Shown: one piece after another, positions 53,538 through 64,000 of the stretch
Layout: every line of letters starts with the position of its first letter
Position numbering within the stretch: the first letter of the stretch is position 1
Position numbers and translations under genes: made by a program
The notes under the pieces: generated by a model
Databases searched by the model: none
Seen by the model: the letters and a program-made list of their open reading frames with translations, nothing else
Told to the model about the DNA's origin: nothing
From: Dimorphilus gyrociliatus
Taxonomy: Eukaryota > Animalia > Annelida
Assembly (NCBI GenBank): GCA_904063045.1
Contig: CAJFCJ010000001.1
Span: forward strand, 1,116,001 to 1,180,000
DNA: 64,000 bases
Direction: 5' to 3'

Positions 53538-55461
53538 ATGATGACTAATCCGGAAGATGAAAAGGATAGTGATGAGGAAAGTTTAGATGAAGAAAGTTTC
53601 CACATAAAATGGCTGTTTGACAAGCATCATATCGGTCATCTTCCATTAGAAGAACAAATCAAATTCTACAAACATAGGAATCTTAAACCTTCTCATATAT
53701 TTAGATTTGGTTGGAAAACTCTCGGAAAACAAACTCCTAAAAGAGTTAGGATTCATGAAGCGCCAAAATTCGCTGATTTAAATGAACAAAAATCTGATTT
53801 AATCTTTCTGAAAAGGGAGCAGAAATCTGCTGGTGAACGGAGGAGGGCATTAGAAAAGGCTAAAAAGCTTGAGGAAGAGGAAAAAGAGCATTCAAACTGG
53901 ATAAATGAAAGAAAAAAATTAAGGGAGGATCTTAAAATGTTAGATGATGTGGAGAAGTTCATTAGAAACAAACCACACGCAACTGAGATGGAAAAAAGAG
54001 TCGTAAGAAGGAAAAAAGAAAACAAGTGAGTTATCTCAAATATTATAATTACAGTGTGAGACACAAATTAAAACTGAATTAAGCGCCCCCTACAATAAAT
54101 TAAAAGCGGTATCAAAATTTCGCCTCTGTAAAATAGAATCATTAAAATAGGAAAATAAAATCATTTTTTTTAAAAGGAAATGTTATATTACAGAAATTTT
54201 AATTTCATCCATTCATTTGCAGAAACCTTAGTAGCATTCCATCAACTCCTGAAGTTGAAAAAGAGGAAAGGAGGAGAAGATTAAAGCCTAAAACCCCTAT
54301 TTTAGCCCGACCAGTTCCAGTAGCTATTAAAATTATTGAAGAATATCTAGTTGAAAATGAATTACGTCTTCTCGACCTCTTTACACATATTGATAAAACC
54401 AAAGATTGGATTATAACTAGAGACCAATTAAGAAGTGCAATTAGACGTCAGAATATTCCTATATCAGATGTAGACCTTGAGGATCTCGTTTTAACTTTAG
54501 ACAAAGATTTAGATGATTGTCTCGATTATAGGGAATTGGCTCGTGGTATGACTCTATTAAAAACTGCCAAGTACAATGCTAAAAGACGAGAAGTAGAAGA
54601 ATCAGTTTCTCAAACGCCAGATACACAGTCAGTAACGCCAAATGCATTATTTCCACCGGAAATTGACAATTCCTCTAAGGCTGCTAGAATAACTTCGCCC
54701 GAGGATATGGTTGATCTTAGAAAACGCGATCGAGAAGCAAAAAAATTTGTTGATAGTCCAGATAGAACGAAACACTTGACTGATACTCAATTACAACTTT
54801 TTAAGATGGGTAAATCATTTATTAAAAGTGGAGACGAAAACTTGGACGAACTCTGCTATCCTTCGACTATTGGAGGTAGCTCCGCAAACTTGGCAAATGA
54901 CTTTAAAATGAAACAGTCAAAGGAATTGAACGGTTTATTAGATTCTCGTGAGGTACCAGCATCGGCGGATGCTATTAAACGTGCCCTATTCATTCCAAAA
55001 GATAAAACAAAAGTCGAAATTGGGAATCATTTAAGGTTTGTTGGTATTGCTATTAATTTTCTCATATTTCTACCATTTGTTAAATATCTAGATTTCCAAG
55101 CCACCCTGTTCAAAAGAACAACTCCAAACATGAGAAAACAGCTCGCCAACAAAAGAAGGAAGAATACGAAAATAAAATAGCAAAGAAACTAGAAAAGAAG
55201 CAAATTCATCTATTTCCCTCATCTACCCAATCCGAACCAGTTATTACTAGAATGAAATTATCAACCGGAAAAGCCTATATTCATAGAAAAATTGACTGCT
55301 GGTTAACAATGGAACGCTATCAAGAATTAACTAAAAATAAACCACCGAAATATTTAAAACCAATAGAAATACCCGTATGGGTTGGTAAACCCATAACAAA
55401 CGATTCTGTACCCCCGGGTAGGACTTCTCTGTTTCAACGAGTGCCAAATAAATATCATTAG
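53538..55461 (+). CDS. EF-hand protein, EFCAB12-like, 3 exons
   Basis: WINERKKLR region, then an EF-hand pair (LRLLDLFTHIDKTKDWIITRDQL; DKDLDDCLDYREL). Exons join in frame through GT-AG introns. Confidence 0.7.
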
Positions 55462-56252
55462 CAGATTATACTCCAACCTTTCTTTTCTATGTCTCTTTAT
55501 AGTCTTTCTTTATTTTTAATAAATATAAGTACTTTATTTTTTTTTTGTTCTAATTGACATAGTTGGATATTTAAAAATAATTCCTAAACTTAACAATGAG
55601 TGCGACCTTGGCAAATAGGAAGAATTCAATTCATATTAAACACGTTTTTAAGTTATTTACAAGCTTTAACGATTAACACGCTTTTCTAACTACCATCTGG
55701 TTAGGTCAAACTTTTCCTGGTATTGCTGAAAAAAAGACTAGTGTTAATATTTAGACACCTAGTGTCTAGAAGTATAATAGACTAAGTTATTATTAAAGGG
55801 GTGGATAACCTCTTTAAAACAAAATATATATAAAATATATAAAATCTTAAAACTGCTAATAAATGTTTTAAGGCTTATTAAAAATGAATATAATCAATTA
55901 ATATTGAAAAAATTGAATTATTGTCGGCTAAAAGAGACCTTTTCATTGAATCTAATAGTGTCATTACTACCTGCCACCCCTATTAATATTATCATCGGTT
56001 GACCCTATCATCAAACATCGGTCCAATAATAAATTCTATTTATAGAAGAAATAACAGTTTCATAGAATCACCAATACTGAAGTAAAATAGAAATATATAC
56101 ACTTATGTAAAGATGTCATTGACAATTTTACAAATTTAAAAAAAGAATTAAGAAATAAATACGCACTTTTTTTTAATATATGAATATTCATTAGAGTGTA
56201 AAACCATTTTAACATCGTCATTGAACAAAAAATTTCCGTTTAAAAGATTATT

Positions 56253-57395
56253 ATGATAAGAAATTTCCTTATTTTTGTTAATGTTCTACTTATATTTATT
56301 GGCTCGACTGCTATTGTCCTTTCGTCTTATTTATCATTTAGTCCATCTTATGAATTTCTTCGACAATCTACACGATTTCGATCTGATCGTGTACAAAGTA
56401 AAGCTAGTCATGTGAATATTATAAGAGTTGCCGTTATTTCAATGGTTACCCTCTTTACTTTGGTTTATTTGGCTGGAATTTTAGGATTGACTGGCACAGT
56501 TACAAAACTTAAATCTATTCTTAACATTTATAAAGTAATACTTGGTATTCTATTTTTAGTGATGGTGATATAATCGGTTCTAATTAGCTTTGTAAGATTT
56601 AAGCAGCTTATCAGATAATAAATTAATTATATTTCAGCTAACAGTTGTAATTTTTGTAACACTTAAAGAGCCGTTAAAACCATTTATTCCAGTCATGGTA
56701 CAAATATTTAGAAATGCATTTGTCTCCGAGAATATCGACAGTCAGGAAGATAGATTTCATTCTATAAGAAAGATAATTCATAGAATACAAGACAGTTTTC
56801 ATTGTTGCGGTTTTCGTAGTATAGACGAATATATTGATGTAATTTATTACGAAGATACGAATTTACCATTTCCAAGATCTTGTTGTAAAAATTACAAACC
56901 GAAGAAGAATTTTATTAATCAAGATTGTTTTGATAAGATGAAAGTTTATATAAGTAAATTGTATCACTTTTTTCTTTCTTTCTCTTTTTATATAGACTTA
57001 TTAAAGAAAAGTTATCTTTCGTTTTACGCACTTTTTCAACAGAGTACGTTAATAACACCGAAGAACCTTTTAAAGTTGCTAATCTACATAATATTCCGTC
57101 ATCCGATTCTTTTTACAATGTTACCTGCCTTCGGAAGATTAAAAATTTTATCCTTACTAATAAATTATATATGATAATTGGATTTTCAGTTGTACCATTT
57201 ATTTTATTCATCTTTTTGATTTGTACATGCCTGCTTATCAGGGGATTTAATAAGGAAGGTAACGATGTATCTAAAGCTTCTGTATTGAGTTATAGAAGAC
57301 CGTCAGGGATGAGAATGAGATCGTTAACGCAGAACAAAAACTTTAGTAAAAGAGTAAAGGAAGATGATGTAGACTTTTTTACGAATGAACTATGA
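56253..57395 (+). CDS. Tetraspanin, 3 exons
   Basis: Four hydrophobic segments; EC2 has CCG (HCCGF), PxSCC and a Cys before TM4. Confidence 0.85.
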
Positions 57396-57687
57396 TTGAT
57401 TAATTTGTCTATATAAAAAGATATAATTAGCTATTTTATTCTTGTAACAAAGAATTCGATAACTTTTGATATTTTTTCATCTTTTTGCATATCGTAGGTC
57501 AAATTATAGTTTTATTATTATGCACTTATTAGACAATTATTAAACGTATACCAGAGAGGGCGTAAGTGTACAGAGCGCACTTTTAACGAGACAGATGGCG
57601 CCAATTTAAAAAAAATTACTCTAGTTAACGATACTAATACTGCATAGTACTTGATCATATGATCAAAGTCATGTGACCTAGGCAGAT

Positions 57688-59268
57688 ATGGACGACACGG
57701 CTGTTGTGAAATTACCAATTAAAAAATCTGCCATAACTTGTAACATCTGTAATCAAATTTGGACAAATAGACAGCCAAAAATTCTATCTTGCTTTCATAC
57801 TTTTTGTAAGGAGTGTTTAGAGAATGAATCAGTTAAGAAAAGAATCACACCTGGTGATGTATTTCAGTGCTCTATGTGTTTTGTTCCTTTTTCTTGGCCT
57901 ATACAGGGAGTTGAGGGCCTGAAATCTAATGACTTTTTTGAAAGTAATGAAGCTGACGATGCTGTTGAAGCTGTAGAAGAGACAACGTGTATCGAACATG
58001 GAAAAGATCTAAACTTATTGTGTATAACTTGTAATGTGCTACCTATATGTACATCTTGCACTCGTTTACATCCAGGGCATATTTTACATGATCCTGAAGA
58101 TTTTAAGACTACAAGAAAAAATTTGATAATGGAACAATCTAACCTAATAACCGGCTTAAGAAAAGCCCTCAATGACCAGAAATCTGTTTTAGTCGAACAG
58201 ATGGAAAGAAGAGTTAAAGAGGCAGAGGAACAAATTGCAAGTAAAAAAAATGAGATGATAAGAAAAATAGATGAAAGTTTATTTGAAAGGAAAAATATTC
58301 TAAATCAATTAAATACATTAATCGAGTCAATGAATAACAATCATCTTAATTTTGATTACTTAGGAACAAAAACTGAAATTGAAGCCTTCAATAAGGAATT
58401 TATGAAAGAGTGCACTAAGCCTAGTTGTTATTTTGACAATTCTGTACATGTATCTTTAGGAGTTATAAAATCAACATTTAAATTAAATGAATTTTATGAA
58501 TTCGCATCTATTAAGTTGGATTCTGAACAAATGGAAGGTATCTGTGTAAATAATGATATATTGTATATTACTTCGTGGATATCGAGAGATCCGCCTGAAA
58601 GTGTTATTCTTAAATTTTCAACAAATGATTTCCAACCAATAAAACCTGACATTCATTTGGAGAATATTCTTGCTACAGGAATTTGTTTCTTCAATGGTAA
58701 TCTTTATTGTGGCGATTGGTCGAATAACAGAATTCTACTTTGTAATAATGGTGATATAATTCCTTTTGCATCAATACTAAAACCATTTGGTTTGGAGGCT
58801 TGGTCGGCTGGTTTACTTGTTGCTGCTTCAGACGGTGTTCATAAATTTAACAGGGAAGGTGAAGTTTTATGGTCAAACAGGGTTCCGTCTCCTTTTAAGT
58901 GGCAAAGACCTTGTGGTATAGCGACAGACAATAGTTATATATACGTTACTGATTTGTACGGTCATTGCGTGCATAAATTAGATCTTTCAAATGGCAGTTG
59001 CCTTTACAGTATCAGCAGCAAAGGATGCAAATTAGGTGAACTTAACCATCCGGCTGGAATTATTTTGGCACCATCTATTGGTTTCATTGTTGCCAATATG
59101 CAAAATGACAGATTAGATATGATTGATGAAGATGGAAAATGCATTGAAACTTACAAGCTACAATTTAATCCAGTATGGATCACTGGAGATGAGATATTGA
59201 AAACATTATTTATAACAACATACATAAATCAGAAACGAAAAGCCGTAGTTGTTTTAAAACATAATTAG
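57688..59268 (+). CDS. TRIM-NHL-like E3 ligase (RING, B-box, coiled coil, NHL/beta-propeller), intronless
   Basis: C3HC4 RING (CNIC…CFHTFCKEC…CSMC), B-box (CIEH…CITC…CTSCTRLHPGH) and NHL-like repeats (RPCGIATD, LNHPAGII). Confidence 0.85.
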   Translation: MDDTAVVKLPIKKSAITCNICNQIWTNRQPKILSCFHTFCKECLENESVKKRITPGDVFQCSMCFVPFSWPIQGVEGLKSNDFFESNEADDAVEAVEETTCIEHGKDLNLLCITCNVLPICTSCTRLHPGHILHDPEDFKTTRKNLIMEQSNLITGLRKALNDQKSVLVEQMERRVKEAEEQIASKKNEMIRKIDESLFERKNILNQLNTLIESMNNNHLNFDYLGTKTEIEAFNKEFMKECTKPSCYFDNSVHVSLGVIKSTFKLNEFYEFASIKLDSEQMEGICVNNDILYITSWISRDPPESVILKFSTNDFQPIKPDIHLENILATGICFFNGNLYCGDWSNNRILLCNNGDIIPFASILKPFGLEAWSAGLLVAASDGVHKFNREGEVLWSNRVPSPFKWQRPCGIATDNSYIYVTDLYGHCVHKLDLSNGSCLYSISSKGCKLGELNHPAGIILAPSIGFIVANMQNDRLDMIDEDGKCIETYKLQFNPVWITGDEILKTLFITTYINQKRKAVVVLKHN

Positions 59269-59447
59269 CGAATCATTAAAAAAATAACTGATTTATTCAT
59301 CTAGAATACTTAAAACGTGTTCATTTCTATTTGCAATAATAATACTAAAATAAATAGACAATTATCCAGTTTTACTGCTTACGATTCAGAGAGCATTAAT
59401 TGGAAATAATAAAAGAATTAGACAATGTGAGATCATTCATAAACAAA

Positions 59448-59908
59448 TTAGTTCTTGTTCTGTTCATCTTCTTCCACAATTCTCTTAAGATAGTCAGCCC
59501 AATATCCCGTATCAATTTGGTAATTACTTTCATTACATCTAATCTCTTCCTGTTCCAAATCCTCTATTTGTTTCACAATTTTATTCTTTAGGTCACGACG
59601 TTTTTCTTCCGAAAAATAAGGGATAGTTTCGTACAGGTTTTTTATTGATGCTATTATTAAATAAGAAATTAGATATACTAAAACATACAGCAAATAATTA
59701 TATACTATATTCGCATACTTAAAACTTTAAACAGAATGTCTATATTATCTTTCGTATGTTGCTCCAATGCCCGCCGAAGTATAAATAATCTCTGCTCCTA
59801 CAAATTAAGAATAGTAATCCTTGACTTATTCTATTGATCAAGGTATGCAAAAATTTATAATACCGTATTACAATCCACCATTTTTTAATAAGCTTCTTGT
59901 AAATAGAC
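59448..59908 (-). CDS. Uncharacterised spliced gene, 3' exons only (5' end not resolved)
   Basis: Three exons join in one frame via GT-AG introns: SIYKKLIKKWWI|EQRLFILRRALEQHTKDNIDILFKVLT|SIKNLYETIPYFSEEKRRDLK…EDEQNKN*. Confidence 0.5.
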
Positions 59909-60697
59909 CTATTAATTGTCTAATGACAGATTCTAAGAGTATTTGACCCAAGTAATAAAACTACAAGGTTACTCTTGAACATCTGTTTTTCAATTTAATG
60001 TAATTACGACATAGAATGGTTATGGAATTGTACTTTCATTTTAATTCTTAGTAATGAGTAACTTTTGGAGAAACGGTATAAATAAGTTATAAATGATTGA
60101 TAAATCATACTTTATATACAAACCTGTATGTGATCTATTCAACAACTTGTATATATAAAGAAATATATAAAAATTGTATATACCGTATATACAGTATAGA
60201 TACAGTAGAAATTTATATATATATATTATTATACTGTATATGTAATCACATAAACAAGAAGTAAATAAAGGTTGATTATTTAAATGCAATCTTTATTCAT
60301 GAAATTTGATAGATGAAAAAAGTATTATGATTCGTATTAGAAAATTTCTGGTTAACATATTCATTGAATATAACCATTTTGTTGGTTCCTAATGCAATAA
60401 TCTCTTTCAATGTGATAATGAGACTGGTGGCGCCATCTCGAGTAATATGCTCAATATTATTATTCTATATCTGTTTTTGTGTTGGTGCAGACATCATTTT
60501 GGTGACCGTGGCGATCAATACTATTCGATGATAGGATAAATAAGCTAAAACATAACAGATCGCTTGTTGAATTTATTGTTTTAATCAGCTTGATAGATTT
60601 TGCAACAGAAAATGTCATTTAGATAGAAATTAGATGGATCCATAATATATCCAATTCGTGAATTTCGTGTCAAAATATTAAAAGGAATGAAAAATAG

Positions 60698-61507
60698 ATG
60701 GAGAATTTAAAAGAAAATTTGCAAATTCTAATCGAAGATTATAATAATGAAAGAGAACATCAACGTATAGAAAAACGAGAATTAAATGGTGAATTGATTG
60801 CCGAAGGAGGGCTTCTTTTATATTGGTATGTATTAATATGATACTAGTAATATTCGGTAAAGCCATTAAGGAAGAAAAATATTCTCAATATATCTATTAT
60901 ATATTTACTTTCTAGGTCGGTTAACAAGCCATTATACTTAAAGCAAACAGATCGAAATAATGAACCTGTAAATTCAAGAAATAGCTATCACTTCGACAAT
61001 ACTTCTAGGCACGCTAAAGCTGAATTTAGGAGACGTCTCTCTATGATAAACGGTCATTTATACGAAGCTGATACAAGCATTTTCACCCCATCGCCCGATG
61101 ATCATACAAGAGTACAGATTACTAGCCTATTAACAACAGTAGACGTCATTACATTGCTCTGTAATAAATTCCAGATTATAAATGATGTCTCGGATTTCTG
61201 CATATGTATTAGACGTTCAAGCGGAGAAACGTTTGTACTAAACGACGATAGTTATCCATTGATTGAGTGGCTAAAATTCTCAGCAGATAAAAACGAATAT
61301 AGAACTATAGTGATGAATAATCTAGATAAGTTGAAAGACGATGAGACCGTTAAGCGTTATTCATGCCTACCAGAGCCAGCATTACAAAGTATCCTTAAAC
61401 AGTTTAAAATAGAATACGACGCCGACAGAAATAAAGTAAAAAATCGCTTTGAACGTTACAGAAGAATATTAGAGGAACGTATCTCTGAAATTTCTACAGA
61501 TCTATAA
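60698..61507 (+). CDS. Ras association domain family member 2/4-like (RA + SARAH), 2 exons
   Basis: EGGLLLYW|SVNKPL, SMINGHLY…TSIFTP, RA domain, and SARAH-like LPEPALQSILKQF…E…KVKNRF. Confidence 0.82.
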
Positions 61508-62863
61508 TCCATAGAAATGAAAAGAAAAATGCATCTCTGCCTGCTTCTACTTAGTTTTTTCTAAATCTCCTTTGTCTCCTTCTTTTAGACAAGACAGGAA
61601 TAATCTCCTTTAACTGTTACGCTACAGTAATACTGTATATTTTTTTTTGCCAAATCGTATGTTCCAGGGAAATTCTCTAGTGATTATTCTAAAAGAGTTG
61701 ATTATCAAATTATTCATTTTCCTATAGAGAATTTAAGAATTCTTCCACTTTATTTTTTGTTTTTGCTTTTTGTATTGTTACAATGAAGAAATAATGATAA
61801 AATTGATTATTGTTGCTTTTCTATTCACTTAGATAATTATTAATATAATAATTTTGGAATGAGAACTAGACTCTCATCCAATGGGATATTTAAAACAGAT
61901 ATGTAACTGATAAACTAGTTATATTTATTATATTATTTTCTATTTCCGCGTACCCACACTGCATAGTCTATACAGTACTATAGACCATTTAGAACAGTTT
62001 ATTTATAAATAGCGAATATTTTATCCATTATCAGATAATCAATAGAGTTTTATTTAACAACAGTAAGAGCAGGAGGGTGTGATCTGTTTATATATATCAT
62101 TTTTTAAAAAAGACAACACAGAAACCTCCTGCTGCAAACATTCTCTCTATCCCTTATAAATGCGACATACTATATTATTAACTAAGCCATATACAATATG
62201 ATAAGAGAAATAGCACCGCTTCTTAATTAACAAACTTAGTTCAATTACATTTGTAACAACAACACAACAAAAAAAAAGAGATGAAAACGAAAAACACAAA
62301 ATTAATTCATTTATTTTTTTTTTTAAAAAACAAATATTATTTATTTATATTTATTTACTTTATTATTGTTTATTTAATTTAAATAACATCAAAAATCCAT
62401 TTCGTTAGAAAGAATAAAGCATAAAAAGAAAGATTCTCTTGAAGATTCTTTTTTTTTTTTTTTGCTCTTTAAGATAAAGAGGCATGCAAAAATAAAAAAA
62501 AAACGAATAAAAACTAAAAAAGAGAAGATGAATGGTAGAATTGATAATAAAGATATGCGTTACATAGATGCAGGGTATCTATATTTAGAATTGTTTCTCT
62601 TTTTCTTTCTTGTGATTACATTTTTACTTTATAAAAAGTGTTTGTTATTGTTTCCGTTTTCTTTTGTTTAATTTATAAGTGATTACAACATTTTATATTT
62701 TGAAAAAAATGAACTTTTCATGAATTTATAAGATAAATTTATTAAATTTCACTTATATAATCATTGAATAATGCTTGAAACAAGTAATAATATTCTGAAA
62801 TCTACTTGTCTAACTGCCTCGTGTTTTAGTAATTACAAGGCTAGTTCGAGAATAAGTGAATAT

Positions 62864-63423
62864 ATGGCAGAGTATAAAGATCCAAAGAAACGTGTTAGGC
62901 CTGTTACAACTTACAAAGAATTTCCTGATGTTCAGGATAGTTACGAAAATCAACCTGTCGGTGGAAGAGTTCAAGTAAATGTTTACTAAATTATCTTCAC
63001 TAAAAGCTCTTTAACGTTAAATTATATAACATCTTTTAGGAGAGATATAGACAATTTATTAAGAGGAAATTAGCTGAAGAGAAGAAAGTTAAGAAAGAGG
63101 AATCATCTCATGAAATATACTATTTGGATCCGTATCAGCATAGATCGCATCCTGAATCTATGTACCATATAGCAAAAAGCTACTACAAATCTAATCTACC
63201 ACATTGTAACATTGCTAGTTGCAATTATCCTTATCTAAAAACGTTTAACAGTACAAATCAATCAGAGAATGAAAATTGCGCAACAAAGCAAGTGAATTTT
63301 ACCAACAATAGTCATTATTATCCCTGTAAGACAAATCATACTTTAAATAGACACTCGAATACTCATTTATGTAAAAACTCTCTTAATTATAAAATAAATT
63401 CGCCTACTTGTCACAAAAGATGA
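62864..63423 (+). CDS. Hypothetical protein, 2 exons (an in-frame upstream ATG at 62771 is possible)
   Basis: MAEYKDPKKRVRP…VGGRVQ|ERYRQFIKRKL…HKR*, with a canonical GT-AG intron (about 62975-63040) that preserves frame. No family recognised. Confidence 0.55.
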
Positions 63424-63735
63424 AGATTTTAGGCTAAAATCTAGGCTAAAGAGTAAATTATAAAAGAATGAATATATTTATATATACTTAAAAAGTGCAT
63501 AATGCGTTCTATACAGTTTTCTTTACAAGCTGAATAAATAAAATGTTAATAAAGAAACCGTTGATATAATAAATCAATAAGAAAAAACTAACTTTACTAA
63601 GATAACAAATGTATTAAGATACATTATACTGTTATTTTCAATAGATATTTAATATAGCAAACAATTTTGTATCAGTTATATAATAATTAATAATATGACA
63701 TCTTTATATTATTTAAATAATTAGAAGAGAAAGAA

Positions 63736-64000
63736 ATGTCAAATAGATTTACTAAGTCTAAATTAAATGATAAAAAGTCATTAAAAAGTAATAAATATAA
63801 CATTATTAAGTATTTCCATAAAATTTAATAAAACTCTTTAATTTAATTAATAAGACAGTGGAATATCTAGTTCTCAGGAGCCTCGTCTATCTACTCAACA
63901 ATATACAGTCTTTCAACAGGCCTGGAATTTAATTGATACAGAAAAGAAGGGATCCTTAAATTCTGCAGATCTAATGAAAGTTATCGGTAAATTTTCAGAA
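63736..64000 (+). CDS. Calmodulin/centrin-like EF-hand protein, partial (runs off the window)
   Basis: LSTQQYTVFQQAWNLIDTEKKGSLNSADLMKVI resembles calmodulin EF-hand 1. The start exon is tentative. Confidence 0.55.

Overview
This is a 64-kb AT-rich, very gene-dense stretch of an animal nuclear genome. It holds about 27 protein-coding genes, mostly with short GT-AG introns (about 50-70 nt), and several head-to-head pairs share promoters of only 130-160 bp. CTCF, bursicon-beta, a TAX-2-like CNG channel and a DEG/ENaC, together with this compaction, suggest a miniature lophotrochozoan such as the annelid Dimorphilus gyrociliatus; this is an inference and was not verified. Gene order: eIF4E3(-), POGLUT1(+), CNGB(+), orphan histone H1(+), PUDP/HDHD1(-), CTCF(+), DEG/ENaC(-), TEX52-like(-), RDH-like SDR(+), RBM48(-), bursicon-beta(+), PAWR(-), TRMT44(+), KTI12(-), POLR3B(-), ATP7(+), UFSP1(-), an orphan 150-aa ORF(-), SELENOO(-), DNPEP(+), EFCAB12-like(+), tetraspanin(+), TRIM-NHL(+), an orphan spliced gene(-), RASSF2/4-like(+), an orphan gene(+) and a partial calmodulin/centrin-like gene(+). 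I found no rRNA, tRNA, CRISPR array or recognisable transposon. Main leads: (1) SELENOO ends in an in-frame UGA (…KVT-U-SS*) with a textbook SECIS 75 nt downstream, and has KxxU in place of CxxU. (2) The next gene is an intronless orphan that reads as a circularly permuted GIY-YIG nuclease fold. (3) An inverted pair of CTCF motifs lies upstream of the CTCF gene itself, suggesting autoregulation. (4) Three tRNA-biogenesis genes (TRMT44, KTI12, POLR3B) are adjacent. (5) Perfect RFX X-boxes precede the CNG channel and the TEX52-like gene. (6) ATP7 carries an extra cysteine-less HMA-like N-terminal domain. Exon boundaries were read by eye, and family calls rest on remembered motifs rather than database searches.
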